64,000 bases of DNA from Bacteroidales bacterium (lineage in GTDB: Bacteria; Bacteroidota; Bacteroidia; Bacteroidales; UBA3824), in assembly GCA_017535325.1 (NCBI GenBank), contig JAFXUC010000080.1, positions 1,213-65,212 of the forward strand, in the 5' to 3' direction. The notes beneath the pieces are model-generated. The model was not told where the DNA came from and did not search any database. It saw only the letters and a list, made by a program, of their open reading frames with translations. This document shows, one piece after another, positions 20,064-29,579 of this stretch. Numbering within the stretch: position 1 is the first letter of the stretch; each line of letters begins with the position of its first letter. The translations under genes were made by a program, and so were the position numbers.

Positions 20064-20894
20064 ATGATTAAAAATTTAGTTTTAACCGGCCTTATATCTT
20101 TGGCGGCTTTTCAGGGCTTTGCTCAGCAGGACAAGCCGGAAATGATAACAATAGAAGGCGGCTCATTTTGGATGGGCAACGATTATACGTTTAATACGTT
20201 AGGAACCACGGATGAAGCCCCTGAACATAAAGTAACAATCAGTACCTTCAAACTCAGCAAAACGGAAGTAACTTTCGCACTTTTTGACCGTTTTTGTGAT
20301 GCTACTGGTTATGCAAAACCTACTGACGGCAACAAGGGACGCGCTGAAAATTTTCCTGTATACAATGTCAGTTGGGAAGCGGCTGTGATGTTTTGCAACT
20401 GGCTTTCAGGCACGGAGCATATCGACAAGTATTATACCATTAAGCGCGACAGTGTTAATTTTACCGTAACAGTCAACAAAGGTGCCAAGGGATACCGTCT
20501 GCCTACCGAGGCAGAATGGGAATATGCAGCACGCGGCGGTGCCAAGGGTCAGACATTCTCTTATTCCGGCAGCAACAAGGCTGACGAAGTGGCATGGTAC
20601 AAAGGCAATTCGCAGTTGACTCCCCACGAAGTAGGCTCCAAACAGCCTAACGCTCTCGGACTTTTTGACATGTCCGGCAACGTTTGGGAATGGTGTTACG
20701 ACTATTACGACAAAGATTACTACAAAAAATCTCCGGAAGACAATCCTGACGGACCCAACAAGGGCTCTGACAGAGTTTACAGAGGCGGTTGCTGGACTTC
20801 CGGTTTTGACGATTTGCGTATGACTTCCCGCCACTCTTTCTCTCAAAACAAAGAGTACGGTATGATTGGTATCAGATTGGCGCAGGACAATTAA
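20064..20894 (+). CDS. secreted formylglycine-generating-enzyme (SUMF1/FGE) domain protein
   Basis: Signal peptide; GGSFWMGN, GYRLPTEAEWEYAARGG, GNVWEWCYD, RVYRGGCW. Confidence 0.85.
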   Translation: MIKNLVLTGLISLAAFQGFAQQDKPEMITIEGGSFWMGNDYTFNTLGTTDEAPEHKVTISTFKLSKTEVTFALFDRFCDATGYAKPTDGNKGRAENFPVYNVSWEAAVMFCNWLSGTEHIDKYYTIKRDSVNFTVTVNKGAKGYRLPTEAEWEYAARGGAKGQTFSYSGSNKADEVAWYKGNSQLTPHEVGSKQPNALGLFDMSGNVWEWCYDYYDKDYYKKSPEDNPDGPNKGSDRVYRGGCWTSGFDDLRMTSRHSFSQNKEYGMIGIRLAQDN

Positions 20895-20920
20895 CAGAAC
20901 AATAATTGATTTTTGGTTTG

Positions 20921-20949
20921 GGCTGGGGCAAAAAACCTCAGCCTTTTTT
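20921..20949 (+). terminator. rho-independent terminator
   Basis: GGCTGGGG-caaaaaa-CCTCAGCC followed by TTTTTT. Confidence 0.7.
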
Positions 20950-21202
20950 GTGTAAAATAGGGTAGGAGCGAGAAAAAAATATCATATAATACTTTGTTTT
21001 GTTGACTGTTTGAAAATAATAATATGAAAAAATTAAATAAAAATATACTAAAAATACCGTTTTGAAGTAATTAAAAAATTAAATCATTACTTTAAGTAAA
21101 AAAAAGTTTAAAAAAAATTTGGAAATTATATTTTTGTGTTATAAATTTGCGACATCAACTTTTAAGAGGCAGAGACCTCCGGCAATTTTAAAAATTAAGA
21201 AA

Positions 21203-21913
21203 ATGAGAGTCATTATCAGAAAAAAACTTGCGCATTTGAGCAATGCATCAGTAGTAGAATTCCTACAGCAAGTAATCGGCGAGATGCAAATCCTCGATTC
21301 TGAATCGTTTGTTCAAAATTTAGTGGTTAACTTCAAAAAAGCGGTCAACAATTACCAAACGGCTTTTTGTTTGCAGTCAACGGTCTCTTACACGGCTGAG
21401 GTTCAGAAATGCGCCAACCTTGCGCTCAGAAATTATGTCGTGTTCAGGGATATTGCTTTTGACAGTCTGAAATCCGGCAATCCGGAGCAGGCAGCCGTCG
21501 CAAAAGAACTTACTGACGCTATCGGTAATTATTCGTTTTCTTTGAGGGATTCCTACAAGGTGAAATTTTCAAGACTTCAATCCCTGATTGATTTTATTGA
21601 GGAAATGAATCCTGACAAACTCCTGATTATCAACGCGCAGGCGGAATATCAGTTGATTAAGGAATCCTTGGAGGCTTTTGACGAGGCGATTGTAAGGCGC
21701 AACGCTTACCGCTTGAAACGCAAGGCGAAGATTATTACTTCGCGTATGGCGGTTTTCAAAATCTACAACGCCCTTGTCAATTTTATTGAAGCGCAGTATG
21801 TTGTCGGCAATTTCAGACCTTACCAGCAGTTTGTAATCAGACTCAACGAAATTATATCCGCCTTGCCTATTCAGGCGTATGCAAAAATACAAATTTTGAA
21901 AAAAACCGCCTAA
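21203..21913 (+). CDS. hypothetical protein
   Basis: ATG 21203 (MRVIIRKKLAHL) lies downstream of a TAaaTTTG box at 21142..21149. The stop codon sits in the loop of the terminator ACCGCC-taa-GGCGGT plus T9 (21905..21928). Confidence 0.55.
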   Translation: MRVIIRKKLAHLSNASVVEFLQQVIGEMQILDSESFVQNLVVNFKKAVNNYQTAFCLQSTVSYTAEVQKCANLALRNYVVFRDIAFDSLKSGNPEQAAVAKELTDAIGNYSFSLRDSYKVKFSRLQSLIDFIEEMNPDKLLIINAQAEYQLIKESLEAFDEAIVRRNAYRLKRKAKIITSRMAVFKIYNALVNFIEAQYVVGNFRPYQQFVIRLNEIISALPIQAYAKIQILKKTA

Positions 21914-21989
21914 GGCGGTTTTTTTTTCAAAAAAAAATATTACCTTTGCCCTTTTAATTGAAGTAAAACTACTGCTTGTTTCTGAACAA

Positions 21990-23984
21990 ATGACACGGAT
22001 GACAAAAAAAATATATGTTTTTGTTTGTTTGCTTTTGCTGGCTTCGGTTTCCAAGGCGCAGAATGCCGCTCAAATCGATTCGTTGGTAAAAGTCGCAGAA
22101 ACTCTGCCCGACAGTTTAAAAGCGAGGGCATATTGTGATATATGTTGGAAACTCAGAAATTTTGACCCCGAAAAGGCTCTTGTCTACGGCAAAAAAGGTT
22201 TGGAATATGCCAAAAACATGCCTGATAAAAAAATACACATCCAAGCGTTAAGTTATGTCGGTGTATGTTACAGAAACACAGGAGATTATGATGAGGCATA
22301 TAATGTTTATAATGAGGGTCTCGAACTTGCCTTGAAGTACGGCATCAAAGATCAGGCGGCGTATTCTTACATCAACATCGGTAATCTTTACCTTTATCAC
22401 CACGAATACGCAAAGGCAGACAGCATACTTTTAAATGCCTTGAATATGGCTCATGAGATTAACGACTCGTCAATTTTGGCGTATGCAAACTTGAATTTGG
22501 GACGCATAAGCCTTGATATTGACAGTATTGCGCGTGCAAAAAAATATCTGGCAGCGGCTCTTGAAATCCGCGAAAAGCGTGGTGAGGAGTGGGACAGGGT
22601 TGCAACCGTTAAAAAATATTATGGCGACGCATGGCTTGCCGAAAAAAATTACAAAGAGGCTTTAAGGCTTTATACAGAGGCGATTCCGAGTGACAACCGT
22701 CTGAAAGACAACGACCTTTTGAGCGACCTTTACGGAAAAATTTCAAACGTCTTTCTTATTCAGAAGAGTTATGACAGCGCGCTTTATTACGGGAAAAAAT
22801 GTCTTGAAACCTCCGAATTGCGCGGCATTGACATCCGCATCAAAAACGCCAACAAATATCTCGGCGACGTTTATGCCGAAATGGGCAACTACCGTGCGGC
22901 TATTCAGCAGTACGAGGTTGTCATGGGTTATGCCGACACTTTTTTGAACAGGTCTGTTGAATACGGAATGTCAAATTACGAGTTTAAACTCAATCAGGTA
23001 AAAAAGAATGCCGAAATAGAACTTTTGAAAGAGCAGGAGAGGACCAAAAACTGGATAACATGGAGTTTGAGTGTTTTTCTTCTTATGGTGATCGGCGTAT
23101 TGCTCTGGCTTGCCAAAATCAACCGCGACAAAAAGCGCACAAACGAACTTCTTAAAAGTCAGAACGACGAAATCGAGGCACGCAACTCACAGATTTCCGT
23201 CCAGAGGGACACCCTTGCAAAACAGCAGAAGGAAATTACTTCGTCGATTGTTTACGCTAAGCGCATACAGTTTGCCCTGATGCCCGACAGCAGCATTTTC
23301 AAGGATTATTTTTCTGACGGCTTTGTTTTTCACGTGCCGAAAGACGTTGTCAGCGGTGATTTCTGGTGGACTTTCCACGATGAGGACTACTTTATATTAA
23401 TGTGTGCCGACTGTACGGGACACGGTGTGCCGGGAGCGTTTATGAGTATGCTCGGCGTTTCGCTTTTGAACGAGATTGTCGGCAGGGACAGAAAACGTGG
23501 TGCGGCTGACATTCTGAACTGTCTGCGTGAACTTATAAAAAGAACCGTCAACCAGAATATGAACGACGGCGCAAAACTTCAAGACGGTATGGACGGCGCG
23601 TTGATTGTTGTAAACAAGCATACAAACGTGCTTCAATATTCTGGCGCAAACATTCAGTATGTTTGTTACAGAGGCGGCGAGGAAATCGTTTTCCGTCCCA
23701 CACGCAATCCGATAGGCCTGTATCCGGCGGAAATTCCGTTTCAGCAGCAGGAAATGCTTTTGCAAAAAGGCGACATGATTTATTTGTCTTCCGACGGTTA
23801 CTATTCGCAGTTTGGCGGTCCGCATGACACGCTGATGAAAACCTCCGGTTACAAACGTATTTTAAGAAGTTTTCAGGGTTTTGACATACCGCATCAAAGG
23901 CAAATAATCGAGGAGAATTTTTTTGCGTGGAAAGGCAGCTATATACAAACCGACGATGTTTTGGTTATCGGTTTGCAAGTTTAG
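21990..23984 (+). CDS. TPR sensor - TM - coiled coil - SpoIIE/PP2C phosphatase
   Basis: Signal peptide, about 8 TPR-like repeats, TM WITWSLSVFLLMVIGVLLWLAKI, then SGDFWW...CADCTGHGVPGAFMSMLG...DGMDGAL...SSDGY...DDVLVIG (PP2C metal-binding motifs). Confidence 0.85.
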   Translation: MTRMTKKIYVFVCLLLLASVSKAQNAAQIDSLVKVAETLPDSLKARAYCDICWKLRNFDPEKALVYGKKGLEYAKNMPDKKIHIQALSYVGVCYRNTGDYDEAYNVYNEGLELALKYGIKDQAAYSYINIGNLYLYHHEYAKADSILLNALNMAHEINDSSILAYANLNLGRISLDIDSIARAKKYLAAALEIREKRGEEWDRVATVKKYYGDAWLAEKNYKEALRLYTEAIPSDNRLKDNDLLSDLYGKISNVFLIQKSYDSALYYGKKCLETSELRGIDIRIKNANKYLGDVYAEMGNYRAAIQQYEVVMGYADTFLNRSVEYGMSNYEFKLNQVKKNAEIELLKEQERTKNWITWSLSVFLLMVIGVLLWLAKINRDKKRTNELLKSQNDEIEARNSQISVQRDTLAKQQKEITSSIVYAKRIQFALMPDSSIFKDYFSDGFVFHVPKDVVSGDFWWTFHDEDYFILMCADCTGHGVPGAFMSMLGVSLLNEIVGRDRKRGAADILNCLRELIKRTVNQNMNDGAKLQDGMDGALIVVNKHTNVLQYSGANIQYVCYRGGEEIVFRPTRNPIGLYPAEIPFQQQEMLLQKGDMIYLSSDGYYSQFGGPHDTLMKTSGYKRILRSFQGFDIPHQRQIIEENFFAWKGSYIQTDDVLVIGLQV

Positions 23985-24010
23985 TTTAGGTTAAAGCAGA
24001 TTCTAATTAA

Positions 24011-25381
24011 ATGCAGTCAAATAACACAATATCAGCAATTTGTACGGGACACGGCGGCGCGATAGCCGTTTTGAGGGTTTCGGGCAATGACGCTTTGAAA
24101 ATCGTATCAAAGATTTTTAAACCTTTAAAAAAAGGCTTTTTGTTGGAAAATGCCGGGGCGAACCGCGTTTATAACGGTTTTATCGTTGACGGCGAAAACG
24201 AAGTTGACAGAGTAGTCCTGACAGTTTACCGTGCGCCTCATTCGTATACCGGCGAAGATGTTGTTGAAATTTCCTGTCATGCAAGCGTTTACATTCAAAA
24301 GGAGATTCTTTCGCTTTTGTTGAAAAACGGCTCTTTGTTGGCTCAGCGCGGAGAGTTTACGCGCCGTGCCTTTCAAAACAAAAAAATGGACCTCTCGCAG
24401 GCTGAGGCTGTTGCCGACCTTATTGCCTCAAAATCCAAAGCCGAACATGATATAGCAGTCAATCAAATGCGCGGCGGTATAACCTTAGAAATTAAGCGGT
24501 TAAGGGATTTGCTATTAAAGTTTACATCTTTGATGGAATTGGAACTTGACTTCTCGGAAGAGGACGTTGAGTTTGCCGACAGAAGTCAGTTGAAGGCGAT
24601 TCTGAAAGAGACTGAAAACTATCTTACAAGGCTTGTAAAATCTTTCAAATACGGCAACGCTATAAAAAACGGCATTCCGGTTGCGATTTGCGGCGAGCCT
24701 AACGCGGGAAAGTCAACACTTTTGAACGCGCTTTTGAACGACGAAAGGGCGATTGTCTCTGACATTCCAGGTACTACGAGGGACGTTTTGGAAGACTTTT
24801 TAACCGTTGAAGGTACGCTTTACCGTCTTATTGACACGGCGGGAATACGTCAGACGGATGACAAAATCGAAAAACTCGGCATCGACCGCGCAAAAACTGC
24901 GGTTTCTAAGGCGGAAATAGTTTTAATCGTTTTGAATCCTGCGGGCGACATTTTAAAGCAGTTCTCAGAGATTATACCAGAGGATTTTCCGAGAGAAAAA
25001 ATCATCGCAGTTGTCAATAAATCAGATGTTTATAAAAATGCAGACATTTCTGTCCTGCCGCCTGAGGTAAGCGTCGTAAAAATTTCCGCAAAACACAAAA
25101 CCAACTTGGAAGAACTTTTTTCAAAAATTTCCGCGCTCAGTGTTTCGGATTTTTCTCAGGACGAGGTTATTTTGACGAATGTCCGTCATTTTACGATATT
25201 TACAGAGGCTCTCTTAGCAATAGAGCGTGCAGAAAATGCCTTAAATTCAGGGCTTTCGGGCGAATTTGTCTCGCAGGACATCAGAGAGGCTTTAAGAGCC
25301 TTTGCCGAAATCACCGGCGATGAGATAACAACCGACGAGGTTTTAGGCAACATTTTCAAGAACTTTTGCATTGGAAAATAA
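24011..25381 (+). CDS. mnmE: tRNA modification GTPase MnmE
   Basis: DTISAICT, G1 GEPNAGKST, G3 DTAGIR, G4 NKSD, and the invariant C-terminal FCIGK. Confidence 0.95.
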   Translation: MQSNNTISAICTGHGGAIAVLRVSGNDALKIVSKIFKPLKKGFLLENAGANRVYNGFIVDGENEVDRVVLTVYRAPHSYTGEDVVEISCHASVYIQKEILSLLLKNGSLLAQRGEFTRRAFQNKKMDLSQAEAVADLIASKSKAEHDIAVNQMRGGITLEIKRLRDLLLKFTSLMELELDFSEEDVEFADRSQLKAILKETENYLTRLVKSFKYGNAIKNGIPVAICGEPNAGKSTLLNALLNDERAIVSDIPGTTRDVLEDFLTVEGTLYRLIDTAGIRQTDDKIEKLGIDRAKTAVSKAEIVLIVLNPAGDILKQFSEIIPEDFPREKIIAVVNKSDVYKNADISVLPPEVSVVKISAKHKTNLEELFSKISALSVSDFSQDEVILTNVRHFTIFTEALLAIERAENALNSGLSGEFVSQDIREALRAFAEITGDEITTDEVLGNIFKNFCIGK

Positions 25382-25382
25382 A
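25364..25382 (+). repeat. attL-like copy of the direct repeat (functional mnmE 3' end)
   Basis: TTT TGC ATT GGA AAA TAA A. Confidence 0.75.
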
Positions 25383-25400
25383 TTTACTTTATGACCATAT

Positions 25401-25434
25401 AAACCGACTATATATAAACATCAAACCGACTATA
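25401..25434 (+). repeat. two 12-bp direct repeats AAACCGACTATA (candidate integrase arm-type sites)
   Basis: Copies at 25401..25412 and 25423..25434, 22 bp apart. A second pair, ATCAATTATTTG, lies at 25446..25457 and 25481..25492. All sit between attL and int. Confidence 0.4.
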
Positions 25435-25582
25435 AATATTTAAAAATCAATTATTTGCGTAATTGTTGGGTATTGCATTTATCAATTATTTGTTGTTATT
25501 TTGCGGTGTAAAAATGTTGCTAATTTTACAGAAACAAATTTGCAACAAAATCGAAACGTAAAACAATTTAAAATTTTCAAAA

Positions 25583-26695
25583 ATGAATAATTTAAAAGAA
25601 CCCGTAAAATTACGCAAAAGGGAGCGTACAAAAGGCGGTTATTCGCTTTATCTTGACATCACTGTTGATGGAAAGCGTACATACGAGTATTTGAAACTTT
25701 ATCTTGTACCCGAAGTAAGCCGTGCCGACAAACTTAAAAACCAAGAAACTATGCGCTTTGCAGAGGCAATTAAAGCGCAAAGAGTTGTAGAAATTCAAAA
25801 CGGAAGATTCGGATTTGAAAACCGTAAAACTGCGAAAATCAATCTGTTTAAGTATTGGGACGTTGTTATGGAACGCCGCAAAAAAGAAGATTCTGTTGGT
25901 AATTATGGTAATTGGTATAGTGTAAAGACACATTTACTTAAATACGCTGGAACTGGTAATGTCCGAATGTGTGATGTTGATGAAAAATTTTGTCAAGGAT
26001 TTAAAGATTATTTAGAAAATGCTGTTACAAAATCCAACAAACCGTTAAGTCCAAACTCTAAGAACTCTTATTTCATTAAGTTCCGAGTGTTTATGCAGAC
26101 CGCCTTACAAGAGGGCGTTATTTATAAGAATCCGTGTGCAGGCATAAAGCCAGCCGCACAAAGCGAGGAAAAACGTGAGTATTTGACTATGGACGAACTC
26201 AAAGTGCTTGCACAAACACCTTGTTGTAAAGATGTTTTAAAACGGGCGTTCTTATTCTCTTGTCTTACGGGATTAAGGTGGAGTGATGTAAACAAACTTC
26301 GTTGGTCTGATGTGAGGGAACAAGACGGATTTAAGCGCATTGTTTTCCGTCAGAAGAAAACTAAAAATCTTGAATATCTTGATATAAACGAGCAAGCCTC
26401 AGCACTTATGGGCGACAGAACCGATGATGATAACCGTGTTTTTGTGGGTTTGAAATATTCAGCACAAATGAATCTCGAATTACAGCGTTGGTGTATGATT
26501 GCGGGTATTACAAAGAAAATAACTTTTCATTGTGCCCGGCATACCTTTGCGGTTATGTTGCTGACTTTGGGAACGGAGATTTATACTGTCCAAAAACTTT
26601 TGGGACACAAGGAACTTAAAACTACACAGATTTATGCAGATATTTTGGATAAGAAAAAGCAAGAAGCAGTTACAAAATTACCGCAAATTTTGTAA
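25583..26695 (+). CDS. int: tyrosine site-specific integrase
   Basis: Catalytic-domain motifs LTGLRWSDV (Arg I), HCARHTFAV (H-x-x-R) and LLGHKELKTTQIYAD (His/Tyr nucleophile). N-terminal SAM-like domain typical of Bacteroidota integrases. Confidence 0.9.
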   Translation: MNNLKEPVKLRKRERTKGGYSLYLDITVDGKRTYEYLKLYLVPEVSRADKLKNQETMRFAEAIKAQRVVEIQNGRFGFENRKTAKINLFKYWDVVMERRKKEDSVGNYGNWYSVKTHLLKYAGTGNVRMCDVDEKFCQGFKDYLENAVTKSNKPLSPNSKNSYFIKFRVFMQTALQEGVIYKNPCAGIKPAAQSEEKREYLTMDELKVLAQTPCCKDVLKRAFLFSCLTGLRWSDVNKLRWSDVREQDGFKRIVFRQKKTKNLEYLDINEQASALMGDRTDDDNRVFVGLKYSAQMNLELQRWCMIAGITKKITFHCARHTFAVMLLTLGTEIYTVQKLLGHKELKTTQIYADILDKKKQEAVTKLPQIL

Positions 26696-26882
26696 ATATT
26701 GGGGTTTGAGTAATTATTTTTCTTTGTTACGCGGAATTTTTAAACAGAGTTGATATTTTTTCTTTACTAAACAAGAAAAATAAAACTTTTTACTAAAATA
26801 TTTGGAAAATATAAAATAAACGTTTATATTTGCAGCCAAAACCAAATTTATTTTTTATTAATTAACTTTAAACATTCTAATC

Positions 26883-27482
26883 ATGGTAAAGAAATGTCAA
26901 TACTGAGGACGTACTTATGAAGGACGGAGTGATAGCCGTTTTTGTTCCGCAAAATGTAAAAACACCTATCACAACAAAAAACGTTTGGGCGAAATTCAAG
27001 ACCCCGAAAATGACGAAAACGAGGACGATGATGAACGTTTAACCGATTCAAAGCCGTTTAAACCCGTTGTAACGCTCCCTGATGATGACGATGAAAACGA
27101 GTATGAAGACGATTACGAAGACGAAAACGAGTATGAAGATGAAGACGAAGACGAGGACGAGGAAGACGAAGAAACGGATTCTAATGAAAGCGATTACGAC
27201 CAACTCGTAGACGAGTACAACGCTCTTGTTGACCAATACGAAAGTCTAAGACAACAAAATGCGCGGCTTGTCAAAAATAACTCGGCACTTGCCACAGAAT
27301 TAAACGCCGAAAAACGTAAACGCCAAAAAGCAGAAGAAAGGGCAACTTATTGGCAAGGTCAATACAACGAGTCGGAATCGTTTTTTCAAAAGTACATCAA
27401 AGAGAAAAAATCCGAACCCGAAGAGCCTGAAACGGAAGATAATGAGGGTGAAGATGATTATGGGTTACACCTTTTCGATTAA
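26883..27482 (+). pseudogene. zinc-ribbon plus poly-acidic plus coiled-coil protein, interrupted by an in-frame TGA at codon 8
   Basis: ATG 26883 sits downstream of a TAtaTTTG box (26825..26832). It reads MVKKCQY-TGA(26904..26906)-GRTYEGRSDSRFCSAKCKNTYHNKKR and is in frame with the track ORF 26985..27482 (TTG start). The stop occupies the second Cys position of a CxxC-x12-CxxxC ribbon. Confidence 0.6.
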
Positions 27483-27491
27483 CGTTTTTAG

Positions 27492-27510
27492 GGCGGCTGA
27501 AAATGCCGCC
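27492..27510 (+). terminator. rho-independent terminator
   Basis: GGCGGC-tgaaaat-GCCGCC followed by TTTTTCTTTT. Confidence 0.7.
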
Positions 27511-27577
27511 TTTTTCTTTTTTGTAAAATAGGAAAAAACATTTATATTTGCCGAAAACTTTTTAACACAATATAGTT

Positions 27578-27763
27578 ATGTCAAAGGAAGATAAAAAAGA
27601 GATTATGCGACAGCGTAAAGCGTTGCTTTTGTTGATTTTAGAGCGTACTAAAACACCAAAAAAAGCAATTATCGAGGACGCTTTGGACGAGTTTGTAAAA
27701 TCCAATCTTGACGTGGTTTCCGAAGAAGAAAGAAAGCAATTTGACAAACTTATTTTTGCTTAA
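27578..27763 (+). CDS. VapB-like antitoxin (by position)
   Basis: 61-aa ORF 3 nt upstream of the PIN gene. TAtaTTTG box at 27543..27550. Confidence 0.55.
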   Translation: MSKEDKKEIMRQRKALLLLILERTKTPKKAIIEDALDEFVKSNLDVVSEEERKQFDKLIFA

Positions 27764-27766
27764 AAT

Positions 27767-28228
27767 ATGGAAAGTCAAATTATTTCCGTCTATTTGGACA
27801 CCAATATTTTGGTAAATTATTGTTCGGGACAAGACGAAGATATAAAAATTGTCAAGTACCTTACGGAAGTTAGGTTTGCGCAAAATTTATATGTATCGGC
27901 TTTGTCCGTGGCTCAAACCGTGTCAATTATTCAATCACGGAAAGCCAAAACGAAAGAAACCAAACGTTTGGAAATCAACCGTTTGCAAGAAGTTTTGAAA
28001 AAAATTACGGTTGTCGGTCTGACAGATAAGGAAATTATTAATAGTTTTGAAATGTACAATAAGTTAAATTCTATTGACATTGAAGATACTATACATTATT
28101 TTGTCGCTAAAAAGATAAAGTGTGATGCCATTGTTACTCACAATAAATCTGACTTTTTGGCATTTGTCGGAAACGACATCAAAATTATAGAGGCTTTTAC
28201 ACCATTGATTAGACGGTGGGTAAAGTAA
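27767..28228 (+). CDS. PIN-domain (VapC-like) ribonuclease toxin
   Basis: VYLDTNILVNY (first acidic residue), DIEDTIHYFVA, AIVTHNKSDF. These are typical PIN acidic-residue positions. Confidence 0.75.
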   Translation: MESQIISVYLDTNILVNYCSGQDEDIKIVKYLTEVRFAQNLYVSALSVAQTVSIIQSRKAKTKETKRLEINRLQEVLKKITVVGLTDKEIINSFEMYNKLNSIDIEDTIHYFVAKKIKCDAIVTHNKSDFLAFVGNDIKIIEAFTPLIRRWVK

Positions 28229-28237
28229 GATTTTTTC

Positions 28238-28258
28238 AGGCGGCTATTTTAGCCGCCT
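28238..28258. terminator. bidirectional terminator between the PIN gene (+) and the repressor gene (-)
   Basis: AGGCGGCT-atttt-AGCCGCCT, flanked by T6 and T-runs. Confidence 0.75.
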
Positions 28259-28260
28259 TT

Positions 28261-28836
28261 TTAATTCTCTTTCAGTGATATTGTTTGTAATCTATTTGGC
28301 GATTTATGATACTTAAACCAAAAATCGGCAAAATCTTCTATGCCGCTGCGCTTGTAAACTATTCTGTATAAGGCTAATTTTAAGACCTCTTTATCTTTTT
28401 CTTCGTCAATATATGAAACTAAATCCTGAAATTCTCTTTCCGTATATTTACTCAAAATATCAAAAATCTGATATTTATCTATCTTTTCAAAACGCTTTTT
28501 TATAAGGTTGAAAATTTCGTCTTTGTCGTCAATAGTTATAGAGCCCATCATATTTTCTATAAAACTAAATGCATTTGCCAACACTTCTTTATATTCTACA
28601 TTCAGTAGTATATTTGTATTTTTCTGTAACAATGTTTTAGGCGTGTTTGTGTCATCAAAAAAGACATCAACAGGAACATTAAAAAATTTTGATAATCGTT
28701 CCAAATATTCAGACGATATTTTATTATTATTAATAGCCTTATATAATCCCGCATCAGTTATGCCGATTTCATTACATAAATCTTTGAATTTTATGTTTTT
28801 TCCCTCGCAAAGGGTTTTTATTATGCCTAAATTCAT
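28261..28836 (-). CDS. XRE-family HTH repressor (cI-like) with a C-terminal domain
   Basis: N-terminal KNIKFKDLCNEIGITDAGLYKAINNNKISSEYLERLSKFFNVPVDVFF is an HTH_3/XRE motif. Divergent from a Cro-like gene. Confidence 0.75.
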   Translation of the reverse strand: MNLGIIKTLCEGKNIKFKDLCNEIGITDAGLYKAINNNKISSEYLERLSKFFNVPVDVFFDDTNTPKTLLQKNTNILLNVEYKEVLANAFSFIENMMGSITIDDKDEIFNLIKKRFEKIDKYQIFDILSKYTEREFQDLVSYIDEEKDKEVLKLALYRIVYKRSGIEDFADFWFKYHKSPNRLQTISLKEN

Positions 28837-28918
28837 AATTATAAACTATTGAAAATTAACAACTTATATTTTCCTTTCTGTTCTTTAACGTTTCTTAACT
28901 AATTTTTGTTTGGTTATT

Positions 28919-28960
28919 ATACTAACTTTAGTTAATTTTGCAACTAATTAAAGTTAGTAT
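28919..28960. promoter_or_regulatory. operator-like 12-bp perfect inverted repeat bracketing a -7 box
   Basis: ATACTAACTTTA (28919..28930) and TAAAGTTAGTAT (28949..28960). TAatTTTG at 28933..28940 lies between the arms and begins 40 nt upstream of ATG 28973. Confidence 0.6.
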
Positions 28961-28972
28961 AAATATAAAATT

Positions 28973-29224
28973 ATGGACAAAATTACAAATTTTTCTAAAC
29001 ATTTCAATTCTGTTGTGAATAAAAAAACACGCGCAGAATTAAGAAATAGTATTATCGACATAACGGGTATTAGTTACGCTGGGTTTAGGCGTTGGGTAAA
29101 TAGCATTTGTGAAGTCCCTAAAATTTATCATACCGCTATTGCCGAAATTATGGGAGCGGAAGTTTCGGAACTGTTCCCTAACACAAATAACAATTCCGAA
29201 GTAACAATTAAAAACGCAAAATAA
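28973..29224 (+). CDS. small HTH protein (Cro-like)
   Basis: TRAELRNSIIDITGISYAGFRRWVNS is HTH-like. Divergent from the XRE repressor. Confidence 0.6.
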   Translation: MDKITNFSKHFNSVVNKKTRAELRNSIIDITGISYAGFRRWVNSICEVPKIYHTAIAEIMGAEVSELFPNTNNNSEVTIKNAK

Positions 29225-29225
29225 A

Positions 29226-29501
29226 ATGGCAGTAAAACAAACATTTAAAACTATTGATAAATATTTCAATGTTGAAACAGGCAAAAAGTTTCGTGATGAC
29301 AAATTTCAGTGGCAAGCAGTAGTAACACTTATAGATAGTCAAGGTAATCACGATGTTGATGGCATTGAATTGTCTGATTTGATTGGTCAAGAAGTCAAAA
29401 ATAAAATCTTCATAAACGAGGACGAACTCTCTTATGTCATTGAACTATTACAAGCAGTACAATCGGAGGTTTCCAAATGGGAAAATTCATCGGCGAAATA
29501 A
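29226..29501 (+). CDS. hypothetical protein (element)
   Basis: Starts 1 nt after the previous stop. No recognisable motif. Confidence 0.45.
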   Translation: MAVKQTFKTIDKYFNVETGKKFRDDKFQWQAVVTLIDSQGNHDVDGIELSDLIGQEVKNKIFINEDELSYVIELLQAVQSEVSKWENSSAK

Positions 29502-29579
29502 AAAAAGGTGTTTGCCGCTGCAACGACAAACACCTATAATCAACTTAAATTATAAACTTTTAAATTTGAGTACAAATTT

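Noticed and set aside
20064-20894. FGE/SUMF1-domain protein as part of a STAND-associated conflict system
   Set aside because: It is a stand-alone secreted protein 20 kb from the STAND gene, set among housekeeping genes with its own terminator. There is no evidence of linkage.
26904-26906. In-frame TGA as selenocysteine or a reassigned codon
   Set aside because: TGA functions as an ordinary stop for confident genes in this window (for example 14001..14003 for the HAD hydrolase and 4241..4243 for the MORN protein). I see no SECIS-like hairpin immediately downstream. A nonsense mutation is the simpler reading, although a CxxU motif cannot be formally excluded.
27048-27236. 62-aa minus-strand ORF
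   Set aside because: It is the antisense reading of the GA-rich acidic repeat and yields a poly-hydrophobic F/V/I string. It is an artefact of the low-complexity plus-strand coding sequence.
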